Below, piece by piece: positions 52,349 to 61,542 of a stretch of DNA of 64,000 nucleotides. This DNA is from an uncultured Planctomycetales bacterium. Lineage in GTDB: Bacteria; Planctomycetota; UBA1135; CAZMYG01. The notes under the pieces are model-generated. The model was not told where the DNA came from. It saw only the letters and a list, made by a program, of their open reading frames with translations, and made no database searches. The stretch's first letter is position 1. Each line of letters starts with the position of its first letter. Location of the stretch: positions 4,174-68,173 of the forward strand of contig CAZMYG010000001.1 in assembly GCA_964570465.1 (NCBI GenBank). The letters run 5' to 3'. The position numbers and the translations under genes were made by a program.

Positions 52349-52601
52349 GCCGATCAACTGGTGTAAGCGCGCCGCTGAGTTGTCGAAGAAAGTTGATAAC
52401 GACAAGGACTTGGCGAACGACAAGTCTACGATCCTCAATCACGTCAAGCGCATCGGCGAGACACTCCAGTCTTGGGACAAGGAGGGTCGCGAAGAACTCG
52501 TCAAGTGGCTGGAAGAAGAGTTCGACATCAAGGTCTCGTCTTTCGACTACGACTCTTCTCCAGAGGAGAACGACGACGACGACGACGACGACGATTGCTA
52601 G
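52311..52601 (+). CDS. basic-N/acidic-C small protein with poly-Asp tail (paralog A)
   Basis: ATG at 52311 after GGAGAA; MATTTKKPKPKGKPINWC...; (GAC)x8 encodes D8 before terminal Cys. Confidence 0.55.
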   Translation: MATTTKKPKPKGKPINWCKRAAELSKKVDNDKDLANDKSTILNHVKRIGETLQSWDKEGREELVKWLEEEFDIKVSSFDYDSSPEENDDDDDDDDC

Positions 52602-52673
52602 CAAATAAAGATCGCAAACCTGTCCTTGCGGTCTTATTTAACTCTCAGGACAGAAGAATTGGAGACAATCACA

Positions 52674-52934
52674 ATGGCGACTACGAATAAGGCCGCTCCT
52701 AAGCAGCCGAAGCCGAAGAAGATCAACTTGTGCGAGCGTGCGAGACAACTGGAGCAGGACCTCGAAGGAGATTCTTTCTCGATGGAGCAGTTCATTCTCG
52801 ACAACATTCTCGACCCAATCAAGCAATTAGGGTCGTCGCTCCAAGAGAGCGAACTCGACGTTGATGATCGTCGTGAGAAGGTCATCCAGTGGATCGAGAA
52901 GAACTTCAACGTCACGATCAATTCGTTCCGTTAG
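52674..52934 (+). CDS. basic-N/acidic small protein (paralog B)
   Basis: ATG at 52674 after GGAGAC; MATTNKAAPKQPKPKKINLC... parallels paralog A. Confidence 0.55.
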   Translation: MATTNKAAPKQPKPKKINLCERARQLEQDLEGDSFSMEQFILDNILDPIKQLGSSLQESELDVDDRREKVIQWIEKNFNVTINSFR

Positions 52935-52953
52935 TTGACAGCCTGGGTGTAAC

Positions 52954-53334
52954 ATGCTCGTCTTAGTGACTGGCGGCAGGAAGTACCGCGATAAAGACAA
53001 GGTCTTCAAGGTCCTCGATCGCGTACACGCCTGCCGCCAGATCACTACGATCATCCACGGTGACGCCAAAGGTGCCGATCGTTTTGCTGGCGAATGGGCA
53101 GAATCTAAAGGCGTGATCGTGCGCAAGTTTCCAGCGGACTGGAGAACGCATGGACGTTACGCTGGCGCAGTGCGCAATCAAGAGATGGTCAATATCAAGC
53201 CCCACCTGGTAGTAGCCTTTCCTGGTGGCAGCGGAACAGCTAACTGCATTAGCAAAGCCAAGAAGAAAGGCTTGAAGATTCTCATTATCAAAGGCGCAGA
53301 AGAATCAAATACTGGAGTGAACAACGATGTCTAA
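52954..53334 (+). CDS. DUF2493 / SLOG-family (LOG-like) protein
   Basis: 126 aa; VTGGR...HGDAKGADR...RNQEM...FPGGSGT pattern. Confidence 0.7.
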   Translation: MLVLVTGGRKYRDKDKVFKVLDRVHACRQITTIIHGDAKGADRFAGEWAESKGVIVRKFPADWRTHGRYAGAVRNQEMVNIKPHLVVAFPGGSGTANCISKAKKKGLKILIIKGAEESNTGVNNDV

Positions 53335-53983
53335 GCAAGACCGTTCTGGTTGGGTGATGAAGAAGGTGGCAGGAGACGGCGGTGAAGAAGTGACCGTCTA
53401 CGGTCCTCTTAGCGGCTTCGGAAAGTTCTCCAAGTTCATGAGGGGCATGAAGCTCGACGTGATGAAGAAGGTCTTCAAGCACAAGCTGTTTGAGGGCATG
53501 TTCAAAGAGATCGAGGAGAAGCTTAAGGGTGACGACGGCCCGGAGAGTTGCCCATGCGAGCGGTGCGTTGCGAACTTGGTTCCAATAACTTTCGGCGACG
53601 TCGTTCAAGTGGCCCACGCCTCTGGTGAATTCCGTGGACTCATCGGAACGGCTATTGGCTACGAAGAAGGCGGCGAAGTGAGAGTCGTCTTCGTGTCAAA
53701 ATCAATCAGCGCCGAAGAAGTGCCAGAAGAGATGCGCGGCTTCTACAGCTCGTCATCTAACGACGCGGCCCAGGCTATCTGCATCGCCGGCATTCCGGTC
53801 GAATGTCTTGTGCGAATTGGCAGGGCGGGAATCGTTCACAGGTCTTATCACCAACTCGTCGATGCCGTGGGCGGCAAGATTTTCGACGATCGTGGTAGTG
53901 CATCTGACCCTTGGGGAGCGCCAGACGACAAGCTGCGCGATCCGACCTGCGTATCGGAAAGCGAAGGTGATTCATGTGCGTGA
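53327..53983 (+). CDS. hypothetical protein
   Basis: 218-aa track ORF. Confidence 0.6.
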   Translation: MSKQDRSGWVMKKVAGDGGEEVTVYGPLSGFGKFSKFMRGMKLDVMKKVFKHKLFEGMFKEIEEKLKGDDGPESCPCERCVANLVPITFGDVVQVAHASGEFRGLIGTAIGYEEGGEVRVVFVSKSISAEEVPEEMRGFYSSSSNDAAQAICIAGIPVECLVRIGRAGIVHRSYHQLVDAVGGKIFDDRGSASDPWGAPDDKLRDPTCVSESEGDSCA

Positions 53984-54234
53984 TCGCCAGAGTTGATGGC
54001 GTCTGGTGCGAGAACGTCCGTGAGTTCAAAGAGGCGATGGGCTGCATCGTGCCTTGCGACCTTTACGAGTTTCCTCCTGAAGACGAAGACTGCCTTTGTG
54101 GCGTTGACATCGAGAAGACGATAGAGCTGGTTGGAGCTGTAGGCCATCGAGACGACGCTACCGACTGGCATATCAAAACCAAGGAGAATCGACGTGCAGT
54201 CGATCATGAACAAGAACTACCTCCCGCCTCATGA
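53974..54234 (+). CDS. small Cys-containing protein (paralog of 38560 product)
   Basis: 86 aa; CLCGVDIEKTIE versus CLCFVDIEKSIE; both start MC.I. Confidence 0.5.
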   Translation: MCVIARVDGVWCENVREFKEAMGCIVPCDLYEFPPEDEDCLCGVDIEKTIELVGAVGHRDDATDWHIKTKENRRAVDHEQELPPAS

Positions 54235-54559
54235 CGAAGCTGAGAAGCCGACCAAGGAACAGCACGGCTTAGTAGTCGAGCTTACTGGCCAAAGGAAGTG
54301 CGGATGTCCAAAGAACGATCCTTCAGGTGTCGTATTCATCTGGACGTGGTACTTCTTAATGTCTTACGTACTGCATTGGTTCTGGTTGAAATACTCGACA
54401 AAACCTTGGCTGGAAAAGCACGGCAATGGAGGAAGAGAGGACGCAGTTCTCTTTATTGACTGGCTTCTTGCACCGATCTCTTTGCCTATCCACATAGTCT
54501 TTTGGTTGTTGTTCAAGCTTGGTGACCTAATATCTTCTGCCGGCAAGTTAATGTTCTAG
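54194..54559 (+). CDS. membrane protein
   Basis: 121 aa, GTG start; two or more hydrophobic helices. Confidence 0.5.
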   Translation: MQSIMNKNYLPPHDEAEKPTKEQHGLVVELTGQRKCGCPKNDPSGVVFIWTWYFLMSYVLHWFWLKYSTKPWLEKHGNGGREDAVLFIDWLLAPISLPIHIVFWLLFKLGDLISSAGKLMF

Positions 54560-54572
54560 CACGAAGGGATTC

Positions 54573-55022
54573 GTGATGTACATCGCCTTTCATGTTCCCT
54601 CGTCTCCGGTGGCTCAGCCTCGCCAGCGTCATGCTGTCAGGACGTTCGGAGACAAAGCTGTGGCGGTCAACTACACGCCAACCAAGAGTCCAGTCAATGA
54701 GTTCAAGGCGCTCATTAAGCTGGCCTTCAGGGAAGCGTACAAAGGACCGCCTCTGTCTGGGGCCGTGAACATGAAGGTCACGTTGGTCTTCCCCAGGCCG
54801 CAAAATAAAGTCTGGAAGACGCGGGAGATGCCTCGATACCCGCATACCAAGAAGCCGGATATCGACAACTGCCTCAAGTCGATTCTGGATGCGATCCGTG
54901 ACATCGCGATGGCGGATGATGGCCAGGTCTACAGCATCGAAGCTCACAAGTATATCGCCTCCGGCGACGAGCAGCCAAGCGTGTACATTGAACTCTGGAA
55001 TGATGATGATGAACGACCATGA
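54573..55022 (+). CDS. RusA-family Holliday junction resolvase (ends DDDERP)
   Basis: 149 aa; KPDIDNCLKSILDAI...DDGQV. Confidence 0.8.
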   Translation: MMYIAFHVPSSPVAQPRQRHAVRTFGDKAVAVNYTPTKSPVNEFKALIKLAFREAYKGPPLSGAVNMKVTLVFPRPQNKVWKTREMPRYPHTKKPDIDNCLKSILDAIRDIAMADDGQVYSIEAHKYIASGDEQPSVYIELWNDDDERP

Positions 55023-55288
55023 CGAAGCCTGCTTCTTGGTGCTTTGTTCCTGAAGAAACAAACGACAGCCAAGTCGTTATTCGTGACGCCAATCCTCCGG
55101 CAGACGATCAGACAACGCTCGCTGAAGACATTCGATCGGCGATCGGAGTCCTTGTCAATTTTGGAGAGCTTGACGACCCAAACAGGAAGCTCTTCTTCTA
55201 CGATCACCTTGGAAACAAGGTCCAGGTCGTTGTAGTAGATGTTGATGGCATGAAGGGTATTCTATACACGAGGGTCTCACATGGGTGA
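55019..55288 (+). CDS. hypothetical protein
   Basis: 89-aa track ORF, ATGA coupling. Confidence 0.55.
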   Translation: MTKPASWCFVPEETNDSQVVIRDANPPADDQTTLAEDIRSAIGVLVNFGELDDPNRKLFFYDHLGNKVQVVVVDVDGMKGILYTRVSHG

Positions 55289-55700
55289 CGGATACGAAGC
55301 TAGTTTCCGTGGTAAATGCAAGCAACTTGAAGGAAAGGTCGCAGGGCTACAAAAAAACATCGTCAACCAAGGCATGCAGCTACAACAAGCCGAGCATGAC
55401 GTAGAGATGTTCATGCAAGCGGCAAAGGTAGCTGAAGAGAAGGCTGCGAAGATGACCGGATCAGCAGACGACTGCCATTCCCGTAGCGCGATGGCCTACT
55501 TCAATCTGGGGCTGGCTGCTGGCGGTATCTCGAAGATCAAGGACATGCTGTATACTCACGATCTGCCAGAGGTCGAAGCGTACTGCAAAGAGCTGATAAC
55601 CCAGATACTGTCGTTCATGTATGAACCCAAGCGAATACCAGAAGCTGGCGGCGCGGACGGAAGCGGAGACAAGCCAGGTCCCTCTGCGGATGCTGGCTAA
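55281..55700 (+). CDS. hypothetical protein
   Basis: 139-aa track ORF. Confidence 0.5.
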   Translation: MGDGYEASFRGKCKQLEGKVAGLQKNIVNQGMQLQQAEHDVEMFMQAAKVAEEKAAKMTGSADDCHSRSAMAYFNLGLAAGGISKIKDMLYTHDLPEVEAYCKELITQILSFMYEPKRIPEAGGADGSGDKPGPSADAG

Positions 55701-55992
55701 CGCTCCGATGCTTCACGGAACGATCGGCGTCATGACTGAGGCTGGAGAGCTTCTAGACTGCGTTAAGAAGCATCTCTATTACGGCAAGCCTCTAGACGAC
55801 ACGAACGCCAAGGAAGAGATCGGCGATATCTTGTGGTACTTGGCGCAAATCTGTAACGCCAAGTCGTGGAGCATGGAAGAAATCATGCAGGCCAATATCG
55901 ACAAGCTCAGGGCTAGATACCCAGAAAAATTCACCGAAGACAACGCCATCAACCGCGACCTAGACGCTGAGCGCCAAGCCCTAGAAGCTTGA
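55621..55992 (+). CDS. MazG-like nucleotide pyrophosphohydrolase
   Basis: 123 aa; EAGELLD...EEIGDILWYL motifs; 80-nt overlap with upstream ORF makes one start uncertain. Confidence 0.7.
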   Translation: MNPSEYQKLAARTEAETSQVPLRMLANAPMLHGTIGVMTEAGELLDCVKKHLYYGKPLDDTNAKEEIGDILWYLAQICNAKSWSMEEIMQANIDKLRARYPEKFTEDNAINRDLDAERQALEA

Positions 55993-56063
55993 CTTTGAAC
56001 CCCTGTCCACTTAGGATGGCGCAAGGTCCACGGATGTGCCCATCTTGCGTAAAGGGGCTGCGC

Positions 56064-57335
56064 ATGAGGCGCTTGCTTTCGGTTCTGCTTGTCTTGATCT
56101 GCGCTCACGCTAGCGCTCAAGATGTTCCAATCGCCAAACAGCGAGCGACCGTCAACACGGTTCGCATGAGCTGTCCCGCTGGCGACGGCTCTCGCAATGT
56201 AGGCAGCGCAGCTTACCTTGGCGAGAAGCTGGTTCTCGGCTGCTACCACGTTGTTCGTGGCGGCGACCACTCAAACGTCACGATCGAGTTCCCGAACTAC
56301 ACCAACCCGTCTGGCCCGCCGATCGAGACGATCATGGGCAAGGTGGTGGCTGTAGATACAGCTTGGGATCAGTCGCTTGTCGAGCTTGCTAGCTTGCCAG
56401 CTCACGGCCAGGCTGGGATAAAGCTAGCCTCCGTCAACCCTAAACCTGGCGACGTGATTACCTTCGCCGGATACAGCCAAGGCGGATCACTGAAGTTCCA
56501 GGTCGGACAGTTCGGCACCTACTTCAGCAACAGGAGCGGCGGCGAAGGACGCTGGTTCGAGGCTTCTATTGGCGTCAACGAAGGCTACTCAGGAGGACCA
56601 GCTATCAGCTCTGATGGCACTCTCTACGGCAACCTCCATTCAGCCACACCAACAACCACGCTCGCTGTCACAACCTACCAGACAGTCGAGTTTCTCGGCC
56701 CATTCAGGAGACGAATCCAATCTTGGGGCCAATATCAAGACTGCCCGAACGGCCTATGCCCCAACTATGGCGGCAACCAAGGCGGCGTCAGTCCTCTTCC
56801 TCAACGCCCGATCGGCGAAGACCCTGCCCCAGTCATCCCTCAACCGCCCACAACTACGCCACCAGTCACGCCACCTGCGACCGAGCCTACGCGCCCGCCC
56901 GCGCAAAACGACGATTGCAAGGAGCGTACAGATAAGTTACAAAAAGACTTAGATCGGCTTATGGAGAAGCTGGACAAGCTGGCGGAAGGGATTAACAAGC
57001 CGCCCTCTGGACCTCCTGCTCCTGAGCAGAAGTCTTGTGAGTGTAAGCCCACGAAGGGCTGCGAATGCAAGAACGATCCACAGCCGACCGGCTCTCGGCG
57101 CGTCGTAGTGATCGGCGACCCAAAAGGTGGCTACTACAGCACGCTCAAAAGCATGGTCGATACGACCGGAACATTTTACGACGGGATAGGACTTTACCCG
57201 CCGCCGCCAGACAAGGATGCAGGCACGTTGCCAGCATTGTACCTCTTCTCAAATGGGGTGCCCGTCCTGACGTACCGTGGCACGTCGGACGTTTACATGA
57301 TGCTGTCACGGATCAGGGATGGTGAGTTTCAATGA
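56064..57335 (+). CDS. secreted trypsin-like serine protease with Pro-rich linker and C-terminal domain
   Basis: ATG at 56064; signal-peptide-like MRRLLSVLLVLICAHASA; LGCYHVV (His) and EGYSGGPA (Ser) contexts; PPTTTPPVTPPATEPTRPP linker. Confidence 0.6.
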   Translation: MRRLLSVLLVLICAHASAQDVPIAKQRATVNTVRMSCPAGDGSRNVGSAAYLGEKLVLGCYHVVRGGDHSNVTIEFPNYTNPSGPPIETIMGKVVAVDTAWDQSLVELASLPAHGQAGIKLASVNPKPGDVITFAGYSQGGSLKFQVGQFGTYFSNRSGGEGRWFEASIGVNEGYSGGPAISSDGTLYGNLHSATPTTTLAVTTYQTVEFLGPFRRRIQSWGQYQDCPNGLCPNYGGNQGGVSPLPQRPIGEDPAPVIPQPPTTTPPVTPPATEPTRPPAQNDDCKERTDKLQKDLDRLMEKLDKLAEGINKPPSGPPAPEQKSCECKPTKGCECKNDPQPTGSRRVVVIGDPKGGYYSTLKSMVDTTGTFYDGIGLYPPPPDKDAGTLPALYLFSNGVPVLTYRGTSDVYMMLSRIRDGEFQ

Positions 57336-57559
57336 ATGAAGCGACCGTAGGGAATGCGATGCTGGCGCTCATTACCGGCTTCGCGAAGTGGTCGAGTGAG
57401 ATGAACCAAGGCGTGTTCACTCACTTGTCCCAGGGATTGGGTGTCATCAACTCGAACCTTATTCACCAGCACGGTGGAGTTGGAGACGATCCTGGTTTGA
57501 TCGCCGCTCTCCAGACCGCGTCTGGTTCGCCCAAGCAAGGTCACGTTGGCGGTCCCTAA
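57332..57559 (+). CDS. hypothetical small protein
   Basis: 75-aa track ORF, ATGA coupling. Confidence 0.5.
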   Translation: MNEATVGNAMLALITGFAKWSSEMNQGVFTHLSQGLGVINSNLIHQHGGVGDDPGLIAALQTASGSPKQGHVGGP

Positions 57560-57573
57560 TTAGCGATTAGCCA

Positions 57574-57789
57574 ATGACCTTAGAACAAGCACAGGCAGCT
57601 CTTGGCCTGATTAAGCAAGCGTCTGAGGAAGGGTCGGAACGGCTCAAGGTCAATATGACCAATTACCTCGACGCCAGCGATCGGGTGCTTGCCCAGGCTG
57701 CGCAACTGCGAGCGCTTCAAGAACCAGACGGTGCTGAGGCGCTCGCAGCGCAGCTTCTGGAGGCCGCGAAGGGAGCGGACCCTACATGA
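57574..57789 (+). CDS. hypothetical small protein
   Basis: 71-aa track ORF. Confidence 0.5.
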   Translation: MTLEQAQAALGLIKQASEEGSERLKVNMTNYLDASDRVLAQAAQLRALQEPDGAEALAAQLLEAAKGADPT

Positions 57790-58427
57790 AGGCTCAAGTA
57801 ATCAGCGCTGTACTTGACCACCTCAAAGTCAATACAGCGCGGCTTCGAGAGCGTACCAAGACGCTCCAATGGTGGAGGGACTACGCCAAGTCTTCCGCCA
57901 ACAAGAACGGTCTATCAATGCCCGACCAAGAGCTTGACTACGGCGACACAAGAGAAGCTCTTCTAGGAGTTCTTATCAGTGAGCTTGCAAACCAGGCGTC
58001 TAGCCAGAGCGCTACTGTGGTCCAAAGTGGCGGCAAATCTACCGGAGGGACAGAAGGAAGCGTTCCTCCAAGCACTCGGCCAGCAGAACCAAGCCAAGTC
58101 GGACAACAAGGCGGTGGCTCTGGGCAAGGCTCTACAGGACAAAGTACATCAATTACGATCGGCGCTAACGGAAGCGTCCCCCCAACAAATCCAGCAACTC
58201 CCAGACGCTGCGAAGATCGCCCTGCTCGACCTTTTTGGCGCACCGCGATCCCCTATATCCTCAGTGGGATCGGCTTCGTCGGAGGGGGCGGAACTCTTGG
58301 CTACGCAGTCTCCCAATACTTCCAATCAGACGACGTAAGGGAAGGGGAGCTTCTTCCTTACATTCAAGAGAACGGCTGGCACCTGCCTCCCAAAGCTCCC
58401 ACGAAAGAGAAGGATGAAGATGGCTGA
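57786..58427 (+). CDS. hypothetical protein with C-terminal TM helix
   Basis: 213 aa; Gly/Ser/Gln-rich middle; IPYILSGIGFVGGGGTLGYAV. Confidence 0.55.
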   Translation: MKAQVISAVLDHLKVNTARLRERTKTLQWWRDYAKSSANKNGLSMPDQELDYGDTREALLGVLISELANQASSQSATVVQSGGKSTGGTEGSVPPSTRPAEPSQVGQQGGGSGQGSTGQSTSITIGANGSVPPTNPATPRRCEDRPARPFWRTAIPYILSGIGFVGGGGTLGYAVSQYFQSDDVREGELLPYIQENGWHLPPKAPTKEKDEDG

Positions 58428-58755
58428 GTACGAGCTAATGATGGACCAGCAGAAGGTTGCTAAGGCGATCGTCGATCTTGCTAGAGAGCAGGCTCCAGGT
58501 CTATTCACGGCAGAGAACTCACGCTTCAAGATTGTCGTCAGCAAGGCTGGAGCTTTCACAGTCAAATCAGACAACAGCGGAGCTGGATTCGCTGTCACAG
58601 TCGAAGTTGAAAATAAGCCAAACCTAAGTGAGCAAGTGATGCTCATGTCTATCGAGCAATCCAAGGCGATCTACGAGAACCGCATGGAAGACTCGAAGAG
58701 GTTGGCGGATCAGATGATTGAGATCGTTAAGCAAGGGGTTAACTCCCTGACGTAA
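58414..58755 (+). CDS. hypothetical protein
   Basis: 113-aa track ORF. Confidence 0.55.
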   Translation: MKMAEYELMMDQQKVAKAIVDLAREQAPGLFTAENSRFKIVVSKAGAFTVKSDNSGAGFAVTVEVENKPNLSEQVMLMSIEQSKAIYENRMEDSKRLADQMIEIVKQGVNSLT

Positions 58756-58763
58756 GGATCGCT

Positions 58764-60416
58764 ATGGACGGCATCTATCGGATCAAGACGGCGTTTCTAT
58801 CTGGTGGTCCACTTGTTAGCTGCTGGAACGTCAACGGAGGCTGGAACCTCAACCAGCAGGTCCAGTGGATCAAGGAAGGCGTTCCGTATGCGCCAACGAT
58901 CTTCTGCCCCACGATCGCTCAGAGAGCTAACAAAGACAGAACCTGGGACGAGTGGTATCCAAAGTACGCTGACGCCCTCAAGTTCATTAACGATAACGAA
59001 CTACCAGTCACGCTCCGGTGGCACAATTGGGGAGCCGATCACTACCTTGTCGAGCCGCGAAAGCCTTTTGATGAGTCAGCTCTTGTCTTTAGGGTTGACG
59101 CTGACGGCAACTTGAACGACGGAAAGCTCCTCTGCCCACTGGCACCAATCCTGCCCTGGAGACTAGAAGGCGAAGCGATCGCTACTTCCTACTGGATCGC
59201 TCGACTGGCTGAAGTCTTGCCGAATGTGCCACGGCTATACTGGCTGGAAAACAACGAGTCTGCTCTTGCTGAGCTAGGCTTCTATACCGAGCCTCTTACG
59301 ACTAAAGATCAGTGGGGTCACAGGCACAGAGCGTGGAAATCCAACCTTCAGCTACTCTCTGTGCGCATGGCTGAATGGGCCATGACTCATGACGCCAACG
59401 ACTGCGAAGCTGCTATCAAAGATGGCTTCGTGAAGCAGCGACAGGCCATGACAAACGCCATGAAAGCAAATGCCCCGGCTGTATGGTCAGGGAAGATTTA
59501 CACGGGCGGATACGGTGGCCTCGGGACGATCGGCGAAGCTGGCTTAAACAACCAGAAGTACAGCTATAAGCGGCCTCAAGAGAACTGGGCGTCTTACCCT
59601 TACGCTCCAGAAGCTTACCAGTTCGACGAAGCTAGCGAGCGATGCTATGACGACGGCTCTGGAAGCCCTTGGAACTGGCACGACTGGGTCCGTGGGCCGC
59701 ACGTCTTACAACAAAACCTTGGGCTTCTAAACCGTCGCCTTGAAGCGAACAATCCTCTCTGGCACAACGATCAGAGCTTCTGGATCAGTCCCACCCGCTG
59801 CATTAAAGCTCACCCTGACCACGGTGGATACGTCCTTCCGAAACGCGTCAAAGGCTTCGCCAGGGCGTGTCTGTGGGCTGATCGTCCAAGACACTCGGCG
59901 AAAGTCTTTCGCTGGTTTGCTGACTCTCAGGAAGAACTGACAAACAAGTGGTTCGCCAATGAATCAGCGCCTCCTGAACTGCAAGCATACACCTACGCTG
60001 ACTACTTTCAGCCTGTGATTGACGCGGTCAAAGAGGTTTGGGATAACCACCTGCTGGCGGAATTCTGGCGATATGGCGAGCCGATCTTAAATACCGACCC
60101 AGCTCTTTGTGATTGGGAGCTGCCACCAGACGTATTCGACGATCGTAGCAGGACGCTCTACACAGACGCTGATCCGCCTCGATACACCAAGGATTCGAGG
60201 GGCAAAACGATCGACACATGGCGAGCGTCTGATGGAAAGGTCGAGCTAAAGGTATTCGCCCAGGGCTGGCGCATGGGTTCGATGTACCTTATCTATGCCT
60301 GGTCTCCTCGACAGACGCGCACGAAAGTCACGGTAAATGTACCTGGATACGGAGGCGTCCTCTTCGACACTGTCGATCAAGATGGTGATTTCCGAATCGT
60401 CGGAGCCATCGACTGA
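58764..60416 (+). CDS. hypothetical large protein (possible glycoside-hydrolase-like)
   Basis: 550 aa, Trp/Tyr-rich; YWLENNES loosely recalls the clan GH-A NE(P) motif; weak. Confidence 0.55.
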   Translation: MDGIYRIKTAFLSGGPLVSCWNVNGGWNLNQQVQWIKEGVPYAPTIFCPTIAQRANKDRTWDEWYPKYADALKFINDNELPVTLRWHNWGADHYLVEPRKPFDESALVFRVDADGNLNDGKLLCPLAPILPWRLEGEAIATSYWIARLAEVLPNVPRLYWLENNESALAELGFYTEPLTTKDQWGHRHRAWKSNLQLLSVRMAEWAMTHDANDCEAAIKDGFVKQRQAMTNAMKANAPAVWSGKIYTGGYGGLGTIGEAGLNNQKYSYKRPQENWASYPYAPEAYQFDEASERCYDDGSGSPWNWHDWVRGPHVLQQNLGLLNRRLEANNPLWHNDQSFWISPTRCIKAHPDHGGYVLPKRVKGFARACLWADRPRHSAKVFRWFADSQEELTNKWFANESAPPELQAYTYADYFQPVIDAVKEVWDNHLLAEFWRYGEPILNTDPALCDWELPPDVFDDRSRTLYTDADPPRYTKDSRGKTIDTWRASDGKVELKVFAQGWRMGSMYLIYAWSPRQTRTKVTVNVPGYGGVLFDTVDQDGDFRIVGAID

Positions 60417-60776
60417 ATGTTTAAGCTTGCATCCATACTGGTTGTGCTTCTACAGCCTTTCACGCCAGTCAGTGAAGATAGATTTGACTTGATTGAAGTC
60501 AATCACTTCTATGACGAGAGTGGAAAGCCAGTCTTCGATCAAGCTATCTTCTGGGAGTGGATAGGCGATCGTTACGTCGTTCAAGCCTGGAGGATGATTA
60601 AGCGCAAGTCGCAAGTCGCTGTCAGAGAGGATGGCGGCTGGAGCATGACCTGGGGCGAGAACGGAATCAGGAAGGTCAAGGCTAGGGACTTCAGAGAAAC
60701 ATGGACACAGTACGATCCTGAGTTAGCCGATCGTGACGTGTGGCCTAAGGAAATGAGGAGCGAGCTGAGTGAGTAA
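60417..60776 (+). CDS. hypothetical protein with N-terminal signal/TM segment
   Basis: 119-aa track ORF starting 1 nt after upstream stop. Confidence 0.55.
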   Translation: MFKLASILVVLLQPFTPVSEDRFDLIEVNHFYDESGKPVFDQAIFWEWIGDRYVVQAWRMIKRKSQVAVREDGGWSMTWGENGIRKVKARDFRETWTQYDPELADRDVWPKEMRSELSE

Positions 60777-61008
60777 CCATCCTGACATGTGGCTGTTCAT
60801 TGGATGCCTTATGGGAGTCGGTGGCACATCGCTAGGATTTGGATTTACAGTCTATTTCTTCACAAACAAAATCGAAGGGCTTGAACAGCAACTGAGATTC
60901 GTCAGAGAAGACAAAGAAAACGCGCTAAAAAGCAGGGATCATTACGAATCACTTTACGAAGCGTCGAAGAGTCAACTAGCTGACATTGCCAAGAGGGCCA
61001 CGGAATGA
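60769..61008 (+). CDS. small TM plus coiled-coil protein (lysis-type candidate)
   Basis: 79 aa; TM WLFIGCLMGVGGTSLGFGFTVYFF then charged helix. Confidence 0.5.
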   Translation: MSNHPDMWLFIGCLMGVGGTSLGFGFTVYFFTNKIEGLEQQLRFVREDKENALKSRDHYESLYEASKSQLADIAKRATE

Positions 61009-61161
61009 GTAAAAAGGTTGAGACCATCCTATGGCTTTCCCTGCTACCGATCGGGTTTGGCTTCATGTACTGGAAAGCATGGACAGCCTCCAAACGCTAT
61101 AATGAGCTGACCGGATCGGATACAACGGTATGGGACATGATGTTCCTTGACGTGAGGCTGT

Positions 61162-61542
61162 ATGCAGAACCCAAGGATGAGCCTGCTTCTGACGATCGCC
61201 TTTCTGTGCCTGCTCCCGGCGAGCCTGTTAGCGGACGAGTTGTCGGAATGTCGTCGCTTAGCTCCAAAGTACGGAGCGAAGACAGAAGTTCTATTGCCAG
61301 ACAACTCCCGCTGCGATCTTGTGACAGAGGAGTATGCGATCGAGGTAGACTGGGCTTCGGTAAAGTGGAAAGAGGCCCCTGCCCAAGCGGTCCTGTACTC
61401 AATCTGGACCGGCAAGAAGCCTGCTGTCCTCCTGCTTGTGAAGGACTACGAGAAGGAGAAAGTCGATCTACTGAGATGCCGCCTGGTTTGTGAGCGTCTT
61501 GGAATCAAGATGTACGTCGAGAAAGCGGAAGGGAGTCCGTAG
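61162..61542 (+). CDS. hypothetical exported protein
   Basis: 126 aa; signal-like MSLLLTIAFLCLLPASLLA; DLVTEEYAIEVDW...K resembles a D-E-K nuclease-fold motif (weak). Confidence 0.5.
   Translation: MQNPRMSLLLTIAFLCLLPASLLADELSECRRLAPKYGAKTEVLLPDNSRCDLVTEEYAIEVDWASVKWKEAPAQAVLYSIWTGKKPAVLLLVKDYEKEKVDLLRCRLVCERLGIKMYVEKAEGSP

Noticed and set aside
61005-61493. 162-aa ORF as a full-length gene
   Set aside because: After the first ~50 aa the sequence is Arg/Ser/Pro/Gly-rich junk-like, and it overlaps a better ORF (61162..61542). Only its N-terminal TM part might be real.
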